This document shows, one piece after another, positions 1 through 12,989 of a DNA stretch of 64,000 bases. The position numbers and the translations under genes are program-made. A model generated the notes under the pieces. That model was not told the origin of the DNA and made no database searches. It was given only the letters and a program-made list of their open reading frames with translations. The stretch's first letter is position 1. Each line of letters starts with the position of its first letter. Source of the stretch: Euglena gracilis (Eukaryota); the NCBI GenBank assembly GCA_039621445.1, contig CP154954.1, positions 39,145,816 through 39,209,815 on the forward strand, read 5' to 3'.

Positions 1-1141
1 GTGCCGGGTGTCGTCGGTCTTCTCCCTGCGGAGAAGGACCTCGCGGTGCGGATCAGCGTGCGGGGTGGGGCAGACCCTGCGGTCATCCAGGGGAAGGTCC
101 GCGCGGTGCTGAACGACCCCAATGCGGCCCTGCGGCAGACCAGGCCTGGGGCGTCGTGGTGGAGGCTGGGCCCCCTGACGGACGCCGACGTCTTCCGAGT
201 GCGGGAGCTCATCGCGATGGTGGGCTTGGACCCTCTCCGGGGTGAAGTGCGTCTCGGTGCTGCGGGGCCATTCCGCCGGGTGGCCTTCTTCCAAGCGGCT
301 GGGCAGCCAACGCGGACCTCCCTGGACGATGGTGGCTGGGGGCAGCGGTCCTGCAGTGCGCAGTTGTCTCCGGCCAGTCCTCCACAACGACGCCCGCCGA
401 CTGCACGTACTCCGTCAACTGCCCGGCCAGCTCCCTCGCAGAGCTCTGCAGCGCCTGGCCTGCCATCCTCGTCGACCTGGGGTGGTGCGCGGAAGATTTC
501 CGCTCCGCGGCAGGCCCCCGCCACCAACCATCGACAGTCACCACCGTCGCAGCCGTCGCGGGCGCCACGACCGCCGGATCCTGGCCAATGTCCGGCATCT
601 CTACTGCCAGCACCAGGTTGTCGTGCTGCTCGCCGTGCGGCCAAGAAAGCGTCGGTCACCGAGATCGTCCCCTTCGTGGCTCCGGCTTCCCCCTCGTCAT
701 CCCCCTTGGATGCTGTGCTGGCAGAGATGCGGGCTCTGCGCCAGGCTATGGAGCGGCAGCAGTGGCAGCTGGAGGAGCTGCGCCGGGAGAACGCCGACCT
801 GCGGGCCCAGCTCGCCGCGTCGTGACGGGGGCATGCGGTGGGCACGCCGAGCACTTCCACATCAGCCGTACGCCCTCCCGTCTCCTGCTGGTGTCCCTGT
901 CCCTCATCGGCCGGATGCTGCGGCGCTTTTGAGCCAGGATGAGCGGGTGGCGGCCGAGCTGGCGGCAGCCCCGAAAACTCCTCGAGGACAGGTGGTGCCC
1001 TGTGGAGGTGCCCTGCCGATGGAGGGCCCGGAGGAGGACAGCCGCGGTCGCACTCGGGATGCTGGCGAGCTCACCCCGGAGAAGCCGGCGCTGAAGAAGC
1101 CAGTGCGCGCTGCCTCGGAGGGGGCGCGGCGCGATGCCTGA
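1..1141 (+). pseudogene. LINE ORF1 (partial, frameshifted), with C-terminal coiled coil
   Basis: ORF 1..825 ends in heptad-like LDAVLAEMRALRQAMERQQWQLEELRRENADLRAQLAA; coding continues in frame 242..1141, whose stop lies just after the ORF2 ATG (ATGCCTGA, 1134-1141). Confidence 0.65.
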
Positions 1142-2024
1142 GAACTTGCTGTCGGGGGCTGCTGCCCCCCCTGGAGGAGTCCCGGCCTCGGTGCTGCGGG
1201 TCGCGACCTGGAACATGAGCCACTGGACGGCTGCGAAGGTGTCCATGGTGGCTGCTTTGGTGTCGGCTGACGTGCTGGCGGTGCAGGAGACGCACCTGGC
1301 GCAGGTGCCGCTGCTCTCCGCCCACACGACAGCGGCAAATGCTGGTCTTCATCTGCACCATGGGCGTCCTGTGCAGTCGACCAACCGCTCCGAGCACGGG
1401 AAGTCTTGCGGCGTGGGCTTCCTCTGGCGCCAGGACATCGCCGTCCTCCCTGCCATGCCGGCCTGCCCCGCATGGCGTCGCCTGCACGCGATGCGACGAC
1501 TGCATGGAGTGCGTCTCGCCCCACGTCCCGGACTGCCGCTGGGGCTGCTCTTGCTGTCCGTCTACGCGCCACTCGCACACCAAGCAGAGCGCCGCCCCTT
1601 CGACCTGGAGTTCGCAGCGCTGGTCTTCGCCCTGGACATGCAGGTGCCCACGCTGCTGCTGGGCGACTTCAATGGGTCCCTGAGCCCAGCAACCGACTTC
1701 CTCAACTCCGGCCGCCGCCCTCCCTGCAGCCTGCTCGCCGATCTCCTTGGCCCTGGTCGTCCCTGGGTGGATGTCCATCGACTGCTGCTGCCGGCGCCAC
1801 TGCCCTTCACGTACCACCAGCCCGGCTCTGGTGGATCGACAATGGCATCACGGATCGATCTGGTCCTGGCCAACATCGCGGCGATGCGGCTGGTTCGGGA
1901 GGCCTCGGTCCTCGAGGGGCTCAATGACGGCGGCCATTGCCCTGTGCTGGTGTCTTTGTCCCTCGACGCGGGCCGCATTGACTGGCAGCCGCCTCGCCCC
2001 TCGCCCCCCGCCGCTGCTCTATGA
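1134..2024 (+). pseudogene. LINE ORF2, apurinic endonuclease (APE/EEP) domain
   Basis: Motifs ATWNM, LAVQETH, SVYAP, LLGDFN, SRIDLVL and GGHCPV (SDH-like) in canonical order. Confidence 0.93.
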
Positions 2025-2045
2025 AGCCTCCTCCGACCTTGCGTA

Positions 2046-4288
2046 GTGGTCCGACCTCGTGGAGCGCTGGCTGCTCTCCCCGGCTGTCGTGGCACTCCAT
2101 CCCCAACCTGCGAGTCGCTCGACTCCCTCGCGGCTGCTCTCCGTGCGGCGCTGGAGCACCTGGTGTCGTTGGCTGGCGGCTGGACTGTGCGGCCCCGCAA
2201 GCGGCGCTTGGCGTACGACTCCAAGGAGGTACGCTGCCTCCGCGGCCAGCTGGATGTCCTTCACCGCCTGGCTGCGCAGTGCCGCCGCGCGCTGCTGGAT
2301 GCCTCGTCCCCCGGCTGCTGGCCACACCACTGGATGGCTCTGCTCGACGACCTGGAGCGCCGTGGGGTGGCCCTGCCGCGGGATGTGCCGGTGGCTGTGC
2401 TGGCAGCGGCAGTGCAGAACGCCATCTCTGCCCGACTCCCAGACCTGCAAGCCCTCCTGCGGCGCCATCGTGCGGAGCGTTGCAAGCGGTTCAAGGCTGT
2501 GCTGCCCCGCTTGTGGAAGGAGGACCTGGGCGTGATCCAACGGTGGCTGCAGACCCCTGGGGTGCCGTGGGGCTCGCGCCCTGTCCTGGACGCCTCGGGG
2601 CAGCAGTGCCTCACCGCGGCGGCTGTGGATGGGGCTGTGCGCGCTTTCTGGGTCGACTAGGTGCTGCGGCAACATGCGGGGCTAGATGAAGAGGAGCGCT
2701 GGAGGGCGTTCATCGGCTCCCGCTTCGGCACCTACATTCCCGTCACCACATGGCCCTCCTCGCCCTGGACTGCAGCGCGGGTGTCTGCGGCCCTGCGTTC
2801 GATGCGGGAAGGTGCTGCGCCGGGTCTGGCCGGGGTCCCCATCGCGGTGTGGAGGTCGCTGCCACCTCCGTGGCCGGAGGCCGTCGCGCGTCTGCTGACG
2901 CTGGTGCAGGCGCAGCAGCGGTGGCCCTCCTGCTGGCTGGACGCGTACGTGGCCATGATCCCCAAGGCGTCCGGAGGTGCGCGCCCACAAGACCAACGCC
3001 CCATCACCGTCCTCGAGGTCCTGTACCGGCTGTGGGCAAAGGGGATCGTGACCGCGTGGACACCAACTCTGCAGACCGTCTACCTCTCGGACACCGCCTT
3101 CGGCTTCCGCGCGGGCCGCGGTACCCTGCATGCTGCGCAGGTGGTTCAGGACATCATGCGCCTGCAGCGCCACCGCCGCGCGGAGCTGTGGGTGGCCTCT
3201 TTCGACCTGGCGAAGTGCTACGACAGCTTGCCGTGGTGGGCTGTGTTCCGGGTCCTGCGGCAGGCGGGCGTGCCGGAGGACGTGGTGGCCACTTTCGCCG
3301 CGTTCTACCGGGACGTGCGCAGGCGGTTCCGCTATGGCACCGTCTTCGGCGAGCCGTGGCAGGCATGCAACGGCCTCGCGCAGGGCTGCCCGGCAAGCCC
3401 CGACTTGCTGAACATCCTGTTCGAGACCTTCCATCGGTGGGCCGCCGCTCAGCGCCTGGGGGTGGAGGTGGCGGGCCTCCACGTGGCATCCGTCAGCTTC
3501 GCCGACGACCTGGTGCTGCTGGCCCCATCCCAACCGGCAGTGGAGGCGCTGATCGCGGCGTACCTGGAGTGGTGCGCATTGCTGGGCGTGAAGGTCACGA
3601 AGGTCCAGGTCTGGTCCACGCTGGGCCCGGGGCAGGTTGTGTCCATCGGCGACTCCTCCGTCCTGACCACGGCCGAGTTCCGCTTCGTCGGGGTGCAGCT
3701 GGGTCTGCCCAACCGGGTGGGGGACTCCGCGCATTGGCTGCCCAGGGTGGACAAGGCGCTGTCCGCGGCTCAACGATTGCGCTGCCTCCCGCTGCCCGGC
3801 GCCCTGAACGCGGTTCTGTGGCGGACGACAGTGCTGCCCAAGGCCCTTTACGGCTGTGAGCTGCGCAACATCACGGCCACACAGCTGGCCCCACTGGTGG
3901 CTGCGGCAAAGTCTGCTGTGTGCACCAAGCCGCCGCTGGCGCTGAATGCTTGGAACGCACCGGAGGTGGCTCTGGGCTGGCGGCTGGGGGACTCCGCGCC
4001 GCTGCACCACATGGCCTTCGCCCGCCTGCTCCAACTGCGTTGGCTGCACCTCCTGGCGAACGGCGAGGGCATCGCGAGCATCATCCACCGGGCTGTGGCC
4101 TGCCCTTCCATGGTGTGGCGCGAGCCCTCCCTGGCGCTGCGGTCTGCTCTGGCGGCGGTGGGCTGGTCCATCGAGCGGAACGCGCAGTGCAGCCGATCCG
4201 CATCCTGGCCACGGTTGCTCCCGGAGCCGTCACTGACGGGCGTGTCCCTGCTTACCCCGGACGACATCAACGACCCCCATGAGCAGGC
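2046..4288 (+). pseudogene. LINE ORF2, linker plus reverse transcriptase domain (in-frame TAG at 2658-2660)
   Basis: APGLAG, MIPK, RPITVLEVLYRLW, FGFRAGRG, FDLAKCYD, GLAQGCPASP, FADD, FRFVGV. Confidence 0.95.
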
Positions 4289-6621
4289 ACGGACGGCTCG
4301 GTTTGCGCTGGAGGAGGGGGAGCCGCGGTGTGGCGTCCAATGGATGGCGAGTCCCTGCTGCTCCACGTCCCAGCCCCGGGCAGCAGCACCCACTGCGAAC
4401 TGCTCGCCCTGGAGCTGGCGCTGAGCTTGCAGCCATCTCAGGTCCTCACCGACTCGCTGTGCGCGCTGCAGCTCCTCCGTGGCTGGGGCTCGATGTCGGA
4501 GACGCGGCGATTATGCTGCCTGGATCGAGTGGAAGTGCGTCGGGTACTGGCAGCAGCCAAGGCGTGCATCCTGCCCGTGGTGCTGGAGAAGGTGCGGGCC
4601 CATGACGACCGCGGGCTCCAGCGTGGACTGCCGAAGGCGGTGGGCAATGATGCTGCCGATGCCCTGGCCAAGCAGGCTGCGGCGGGGACGACCTCACCGT
4701 CTGTCCAGCCCCCGGAGGACGTCCCGATGGTGGGCCCGGCGGGCGACCCGGTTGTGCTGCTGGATGGCAGTGGTTCGGTGGTGCTCAGCGTCCCCTCCTC
4801 TTTCCCGGCGGCGTGGTGGCGACGTTGTCGGCGACTGTGGTCCTCCAAGGGACCTCGCCCCCGGCTGGACATCCTCTTCCCTGTGGGCTTGGACTTCGAC
4901 TGGGCCTCCTCCACCGCCATCTTCCGCCGGCCGGTGGTCCAGCCCGGCGGCTTTGTGCACAAGGTGGCCCCGCGGGTGATCAAGTGGGTCGCCCGTGTAC
5001 GTGGTGGCTGTCTCGCTACTCGGGGGCGTCTGGCACGACACGGCATCGGCGGCGTGGTGTCCCCTGTCTGCCTCTGCTGCGGGGTGGAGGCGGAGGACGA
5101 CGCCCACGTGCTGGCGAGCTATCCGGCCACCGGCGCTGCCCCCCCACTCCCGGCCCTGATGGACGTGTGGGCGCTGGCCTGTGCCACCTCGAATCTCGGC
5201 GTGCCGCTCCCCCCGACGACCTGGCTGACGGCACACTGCTTCCCTCTGCTGGCGGCGCTCATCCCCTCCACTGTGCTGCACCACCACGCCCTTCCCACGG
5301 CGGATGCGGCACGGTTCATGCTGGCGCTGCACATGGCCCTGGCTGAGCGCACGGCTGAACTCCTCCGCCGTCGCGGTGAGCTCATCGCCACCTCCCCTGT
5401 GGTGGCAGCAGCGCCCTCTGACCGACCCCCTGCTGACGACGCGGACCTGTCGACGACGCCAGCAGCAAGCAGTCCCTCCTACGCACTCCCCCCGGGGCTG
5501 CGTCTCAGCGTCCCCGAGCTGCGGTCCCTGGAGCTGCGGCAGCGACAGCAGCACCCTGCTCCGCCGCCCCCTGCAGGCCCCCCGCGGGCCCCCCCGGTGT
5601 GGAAGCCCCCGCCGTCGGTGGCTGCAGTCCCGCTTGGTCGTGCTGCGGGAGCATACGGTGGTCTGCCCTGCCAGCCGCGGCTGCCGGTCGGAGGTTTTTC
5701 TGGATCTCTTTGAGGAGTTGGTGGGGGAGCACTACACCACGACACCTGGCTCCTTGCCAGCTCACCGCCTGTCCGGCTTCGCCAAGGCGTTGGCCAATCT
5801 GGTGCGCGCCGCGGACCTGAGCCCCCCCCTCCAGCGGCACTCCTTGGGTGGCGGTTTGGTGGCTGTATAACCGCACCCCCAGCATGCATTGGGATGCGGA
5901 CCGATGGCGCCAGCGGGCTGAACGCGAACTAGCTGCCCGTCCGGTACCCCGACCAGCGGCAACCATCGAGGAGGTGGACGCAGGCCTTGCTGCTTGGCTG
6001 CGGTATCACCCCCACCTGCGGGCGGCGGCGGTGGAGCAGGGGTTGCCGAGCAAAGCGCTCCTTCTGTTGTGGGAGGTGGACAAGGGCATGCCCTTCCCGT
6101 CCACCGCGGGCAGCTCGGAGTCCGCGCTGGTCTTGGGCTTCACCCGACGCCTGCGTCGCCAGGTGGGCCTGGACGACGAGCTGCGGGATTACATGATCCC
6201 CCGAGATGTGGTCGGCGCTTTGGGACCGGGCCTGCGGGACAGCCACAACCAGCGCTGGCCGGTGCAGATCGTGACGCCCGCCCCCGGGGAGCCAGCTGCC
6301 TGGTACGAGCTGTTCCAGCAACGGTGGAAGGAGTATCTGTCGTCTTTGCGCGTCTCGGCGCCGCCGGAGGAGGCGGATCACCGGCGGGCTCGAGCGGTGG
6401 AGGACCTGGCTCCAGTGAAGAGACGGCGGACAGCCCCTCCGGCACGAGCAGCGTCAGCCAAGCCCCCCGCCCTGCCGAGGTCGTCAACCAGGGCGCGGTC
6501 TCCGGACGCCGAGGCGGATGTGCCCCCACCAAAGCGTCAGTCCACCTTGGACTGTTGGCGGCAACCTGCGAGGGCACCGCTACCCCGTCATGGGCGAGCG
6601 TCTGAGGTTTCACCGACCTGA
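4289..6621 (+). pseudogene. LINE ORF2, RNase H, Cys/His zinc motif and long Pro/Arg-rich C-terminal extension (frameshifted)
   Basis: TDGS at 4289-4300, then CELLAL, LTDSL, KVRAH and GNDAADALAK (RNase H acidic residues); CLCC...EDDAH follows; coding continues in 5848..6621. Confidence 0.85.
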
Positions 6622-6717
6622 TGGAAAAGGGATGGGGCGCTTGGCATCGTGGTGATCACGGTCATCACGGCCTAGACAGCGCCCCGCGGTGAGGTCCCCC
6701 TCACCGCTCCGACCGAA

Positions 6718-6755
6718 CCCCCCCCCCCCACCCCCACCCCCACCCCCACCCCCAC
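6718..6755 (+). repeat. Poly(C)/(CCCCCA)n tail at the LINE 3' end
   Basis: C-run followed by CCCCCA units about 100 nt after the last stop; base composition changes immediately afterwards. Confidence 0.7.
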
Positions 6756-8439
6756 GTGCACGCTACCATGCTGGCGCTGACGAACACTATTGATTTTCAA
6801 AAATGAACAATCAGCCACTTTTTTTGAAAATCATTCTGGCCCTAGAGAGCCCCAGCTCACCCTTCTCTCCTAACGTTGTCTGCCAACCAACAACAAAGAC
6901 CGGCTGAAAATGGCTGCAGGAACGGGATCTATTTATTTGGAGACATACCTTGTGCAAAGCCCACCTGCATGAAGATTATTTTTCGACCACAGTGTCCAAT
7001 GCCTTCAGCACCTGGCAACGGGAAAAAAAATTTCGACAAACTTGCACACATTTCCCCTCCCCCCTCCCCACACACATGTTCACTTCCACTGTTCCAAATA
7101 AAACAGAAATTCACACACGGGGGGACTAAGACCGGGGGGTCCCCCCCATGGGCCCCACACACTTTTCCATGAAATTGACCAAAAAATAAAGAAAATCCTA
7201 AAAAAAAAAGGCTCCTGCCTTCGGCGCCGAAAAATATATCCCGGGGGGGCGGTTGGCCAGACCCAACCACCCACCCTACCCCCCCCACTCAGGGTCCAAG
7301 ACTAAAAGCACTCCTGACTGGGCAAAACAACAAAGAATCACTTTGGAGATAAAAAACCAGTCAGTCCTCCGCCGCAAAAAAGCAGACCCAGCAATGGGGC
7401 TGGCAAGCTGGGATTCAACCCCCTCCCACCCCGCCCAATCAAATTAGAGCTCTTGACAGCATAACAGCATTGCCACACCTTCTCGGGGAAGAACCGTGGG
7501 TGCGGCAGGGATGTATGGGAAGCCGAGGGGGAGTCCAACACCCCCCCACCTGCCTCCAAAGATGGAGGGGGGAGGGATCATATGAATTGTCAAAAGGCCG
7601 GATGACAAACCAAAACTGTTCAACAGTGTTTTGATTCTTCTCTAAAACAGACACAAAGAATGCGCATTTCTAACCATTTTTTTCCCCTTCCGGAAAACAT
7701 CAAAGCACTGACAATGTGGAAATTCCTGAAAAATGAGGGGGGGAGCAAATTTTGCATTTTCTGAGATGCAGCGCTGGCAGAAAACTGTCCGATGTTTTTG
7801 GAACCAGAGGGGTCTGGACTTGGGGGGCACCCTGCAGCCCATTGGGGGGCAGGGGGTTGGGACCCCCGCCAACCCACCTTCTACCCCAAAATGAAGGGCT
7901 TCCCATACATCCCTGGGGTGCGGGTACTGCGCCTTGTTGTTGGGGAACGCCCAGAACATCTGGAAATTCTCAAAACAGTGCTTGAAAGCCATCCTGCCAC
8001 TTCTGCCGCGCCAGCAGCCAGCGGTGGCGCTGCTTGCCGCCTGGCATCCCCCAAAGTGTGTCCCGCAGAACACAAACCCCCACAAAAAAGCACAACAAAA
8101 AGCGAAAATGCCGTCTGATAAAGTTGCCGAACCTGCAAGCAGAATTGCTCCGAAAACAACACAAGCGAAATATGCACAAAACCACCACGTAACTTGTGAG
8201 TGGCCCAATACTGACCACCATCAAACATCAGCAGGGCTGTCAAGATGGGTCGGTTCCGTGGCAATGCAATTGCTGGCCAGGCACCTATAACCTGCACCTG
8301 AATTTTTGCACCACCTATTCAATACAAATCACCAAGAAGGACATTTGCTTTGGTAATGTGGCTTGTGGCAGCGCTTTGCCCAACTGAAATCATCTCTCAC
8401 AACAAACATTCTGCCGCCTTGGGCACTCACCGCACTGAT

Positions 8440-11400
8440 TGCTTGCACCGGACCGGCCATTTGTTTGCATCGGCCTTGCCGGTCATTTGCTTGCTTTGGC
8501 CATGCTGGCAGCCATTTGCTTGCTTCGGCCACACCACCAGACATTTGATTGCTTCGGCCACTGGCAACCATTTGCTTCCTTGGCCACACCGGCCATTTGC
8601 TTGCTTCGGCCGCGCTAACACCCATTCAGCAACGTGCCAATAGTTTGCTTCCGCCGCCCTAGCAGCCATGCTGGCAGCCATTTGCCTGCTTCGGCAGCAC
8701 TACCAACCATTTGCTTGCTTCGGCCACACCGGCCATTTGCTTGCTTCGGCCGCACCAGCAGCCCTTTGCTTGCTTCGGCCGCAGTAGCAGCCATTTGCTT
8801 GGTTCAGCCGCACCAGCAGCCATCTGCTTGCTTCGGCCGCACTGACCAGCCATTTGCATGCTTCGGCCGCACCAGCAGCCCTTTGATTGCTTCGGCCGCA
8901 GTAGCAGCCATTTGCTTGGTTCAGCCGCACCAGCAGCCATTTGCTTGCTTCGGCCGCACTAGCAGCCATTTGCTTGTTTCGGCCACACCGGCCATTTTGT
9001 TTGCTTCAGCAACCATTTGCTTGCTTCGGCCACTCCAGCCATTTTTGCTTGCTTCGGCCGCACCAGCAGCCATTTGCTTGCTTCGGCCGCACTAGCAGCC
9101 ATTTGCTTGCTTCGGCCGCAGTAGCAGCCATTTGCTTGGTTCAGCCGCACCAGCAGCCATTTGCTTGCTTCGGCCGCACTAGCAGCCATTTGTTTGCTTG
9201 GGCCACTTCGGCCATTTGCTTGCTTCGGCCGCACCAGCAGCCCTTTGCTTGCTTCGGCCGCAGTAGCAGCCATTTGCTTGCTTCGGCCACACTAGCAGCC
9301 ATTTGCTTGCTTCGGCCACACCGGCCATTTTGTTTGCTTCAGCAACCATTTGCTTGCTTCGGCCACTCCCGGCCTTTTGCTTGCTTCGGCCGCACCAGCA
9401 GCCCTTTGCTTGCTTCGGCCGCAGTAGCAGCCATTTGCTTGGTTCAGCCGCACCAGCAGCCATTTGCTTGCTTCGGCCGCACTAGCAGCCATTTGCTTGC
9501 TTCGGCCGCACCAGCAGCCCTTTGCTTGCTTCGGCCGCAGTAGCAGCCATTTGCATGCTTCGGCCGCACCAGCAGCCATTTGCTTGCTTCGGCCGCACTA
9601 GCAGCCATTTGCTTGCTTCGGCCACACCAGCCATTTTGTTTGCTTCAGCAACCATTTGCTTGCTTCGGCCGCACCAGCAGCCATTTGCTTGCTTCGGCCG
9701 CGCCAGCAGCCATTTGCTTGCCTCGGCTGCACTAGCGGCCATTTGCTTGCATCGGCCGCCGTAGCAGCCATTTTTTTTGCTTGCTTCGGCCATTTTTGCT
9801 TGCTTCGGCCGCACTAGCAGCCATTTGCCTGCTTCGGCCGCCGTAGAAGCCATTTGCTTGCTTCAGCCGCATTAGCAGCCATTTCCTTGCTCGGCCGCAC
9901 CAGCAGCCCTTTGCTTGCTTCGGCCGCAGTAGCAGCCATTTGCTTGCTTCGGCCGCGCTGGCAGCCATTTGCCTCCTGTGGCCGCACTAGAAGCCATTTG
10001 CTTGCTTCGGCCACACGGGCCATTTGCTTGCTTCCAGCAGCCATTTGCTTGCTTCGGCCGCCGTAGAAGCCATTTGCTTGCTTCAGCGCACTAGCGGCCA
10101 TTTGCTTGCTTCGGCCGCACTAGCAGCCATTTGCTTGCTTCGGCCGCACTAGCAGCCATTTGCTTGCTTCGGCCGCACTAGCAGCCATTTGCTTGCTTCG
10201 GCCACACCGGCCATTTGCTTGCTTCGGCCGCGCCAGCGGCCATTTGCTTGCTTCGGCCAGGAACCATTTGCTTGCTTCGGCACCGCCAGCAGCCATTTGC
10301 TTGCTTCGGCAGCACTGGCAGCCATTTGCTTGCTTCGGCCGCACCAGCAGCCCTTTGCTTGCTTTGCCCGCACCAGCAGCCATTTTCTTGCTTCGGCCGC
10401 ACTAGCAGCCATTTGCTTGCTTCCGCCGCACCAGCAGCCATTTGCTTGCTTCGGACTGGCAATATGCCTGCTTCAACAGCACCAGCAGCCACTTGCTTGC
10501 TTCGGCCGCCGTAGCAGCCAATAGCTTGCTTCGGCTGCGCCAGCAGCCATTTGCTTGCTTCGGCCGCACCAGCAGCCCTTTGCTTGCTTTGACCGCACCA
10601 GCGGCCATTTGCTTGCTTCGGACTGGCAATTTGCTTGCTTCGGCCGCACCAGGAGCCATTCAGCAATGTGCCATTTGCTTGCTTCGGCCGCCCTAGCAGC
10701 CATTTGCTTGCTTCGGCCGCGCCAGCTGCCATTTGCTTGCTTCAGCCACACCAGCAGCCATTTGCTTGCTTCGGCCGCACTAGCAGCCATTTGCTTGCTT
10801 CGGCCACACCGGGCATTTGTTTGCTTCAGCAACCATTTGCTTGCTTGGGCCACTCCGGCCATTTGCTTGCTTCGGCCGCACCAGCAGCCATTTGCTTGCT
10901 TCGGCCGCACTAGCAGCCATTTGATTGCTTCGACCACACCGGCCATTTGTTTGCCTCGGCAGCACTAGCAGCCATTTGCTTGCTTCGGCCGCACTTGCGG
11001 CCATTTGCTTGCATCGGCAGCCGTAGCAGCCATTTGCTTGCTTCGGCCGCGCTGGCAGCCATTTGCTTGCTTCGGCCGCACTAGAAGCCATTTGCTTGCT
11101 GCGGCCACACCGGCCATTTGCTTGCTTCAGCAGCCATTTGCTTGCTTCGGCCGCACTAGCAGCCATTTGCTTGCTTCGGCCACACCGGCCATTTGCTTGC
11201 TTCAGCAGCCATTTGCTTGCTTCGGCCGCCGTAGAAGCCGTTTGCTTTGCTTCAGCGCACCAGCGGCCATTTGCTCGCTTCGGCCGCACTAGCAGCCATT
11301 TGCTTACTTCGGCCACACTAGCAGCAATTTGCTTGCTTAGGCCGCACTAGCAGCCATTTGCTTGCTTCGGCCGCACTAGCGGCCATTTGCTTGCATCGGC

Positions 11401-12989
11401 CGCCGCAGCAGCCATATTTGTTTGCTTGCTTCGGCCGCACTAGCAGCCGTTTGCTTGCTTCGGCCACACCGGCCATTTGCTTACTTCAGCCGCGCCAGCG
11501 GCCATTTGCTTGCTTCGGCCGCCGGTGAAGCCATTTGCTTGCTTCGGCCGCACCAGCAGCCATTTGCGTCCTTCGGCCTCACCAGCAGGCATTTGCTTGC
11601 TTCGGCCGCTCTAGCAGCCAATAGCTTGCTTCGGCTGCGCCAGCAGCCATTTGCTTGCTTTGGCCGCACCAGCAGTCATTTGCTTGCTTTGACCGCACCA
11701 GCGGCCATTTGCTTGCTTCGGACTGGCAATTTGCTTGCTTCGGCCGCACCAGCAGCCATTCAGCAATGTGCCATTTGCTTGCTTCGGCCGCCCTAGCAGC
11801 CATTTGCTTGCTTCGGCCGCGCCAGCTGCCATTTGCTTGCTTCAGCTGCACCAGCAGCCATTTGCTTGCGTCGGCCGCACTAGCAGCCATTTGCTTGCTT
11901 CGGCCACACCGGCCATTTGTTTGCTTCAGCAACCATTTGCTTGCTTGGGCCACTCCGGCCATTTGCTTGCTTCGGCCGCACCAGCAGCCATTTGCTTGCT
12001 TCGGCCGCACTAGCAGCCATTTGCTTGCTTCGACCACACCGGCCATTTGTTTTCTTCGGCCGCACTAGCAGCCATTTGCTTGCTTCGGCCGCACTTGCGG
12101 CCATTTGCTTGCATCGGCAGCCGTAGCAGCCATTTGCTTGCTTCGGCTGCACTAGCAGCCATTTGCTTGCTTCGGCCGCACTGGCAGCCATTTGCTTGCT
12201 TCGGCCACACCGGCCATTTGTTTGCTTCAGCAACCATTTGCTAGCTTCCGCCACTCCGGCCATTTGCTTGCTTTGGCCGCACCAGCAGCCATTTGCTTGG
12301 TTCGGCTGCACTAGCAGCCGTTTACTCGTTTCGTCCGCACCAGCAGCCATTTTCTTGCTTCGGCCGCACCAGCAGCCATTTGCTTGCATCGGCCCCCGTA
12401 GCAGCCACTTTTTTTTGCTTGCTTCGGCCATTTTTGCTTGCTTCGGCCGCACTAGCAGCCATTTGCTTGCTTCGACCGCACTAGCAGCCATTTGCTTGCT
12501 TCGGCCGCCGTAGAAGCCATTTGCTTCCTTTTGCGCACTACAGCCATTTGCTTGCTCAGCCGCACCAGCAGCCCTTTGCTTGCCTCGGCCGCAGTAGCAG
12601 CCATTTGCTTGCTTCGGTCACACCGGCCATTTGCTTGCTTCAGCAGTCATTTGCTTGCATCGGCCGCCGTAGAAGCCATTTGCTTGCTTCAGCGCACTAG
12701 TCGCCATTTGCTTGCTTCGGCCGCACTAGCAGCCATTTGCTTACTTTGGCCACACTCCCAGCCATTTGCTTGCTTCGGCCGCAAGAGCAGACATTTGCTT
12801 CCTGCGGCCGCACTAGCGGCCATTTGCTTGCATCGGCCGCCGTAGCAGCCATTTTTTTTTGCTTGCTTCGGCCGCACCAGCAGTCAGGTGCTTGCTTCGG
12901 CCACACCGGCCATTTGCTTACTTCAGCCGCACCAGCGGCCATTTGCTTACTTCGGCCGCCGGTGAAGCCATTTGCTTGCTTCGGCCGCG
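8440..12989. repeat. ~29-bp satellite, left arm (consensus GCCATTTGCTTGCTTCGGCCGCAC[T/C]AGCA)
   Basis: Continuous head-to-tail units with 26-29-bp variants and a degenerate left edge. Confidence 0.98.

Larger units (their letters stand above)
1..6755 (+). mobile_element. Non-LTR retrotransposon (LINE), APE-RT-RNaseH type; 5' end outside window; disabled by stops and frameshifts
   Basis: Colinear plus-strand ORF1, APE, RT, RNase H and Cys/His motifs; uniformly GC-rich block ending in a structured 3' UTR and a C-rich tail at 6718-6755. Confidence 0.93.

Noticed and set aside
209-6613. Long antisense and alternate-frame ORFs over the LINE
   Set aside because: Shadow ORFs caused by high GC; no motifs.
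6756-8430. Possible host exons or MITEs
   Set aside because: No recognisable protein, paired terminal repeats or TSD could be supported by eye.
8634-12877. Many ORFs with LLASAA/AICLLRPH/KQANG repeats (also 43030-46986)
   Set aside because: These result from translating a 29-bp repeat; the same peptides cycle through all frames.
8440-12989. CRISPR-like look (conserved ~20-nt core plus variable part); also 42932-46650
   Set aside because: The variable parts are about 9 nt and homologous to each other, there is no cas gene, and the context is eukaryotic; this is a satellite.
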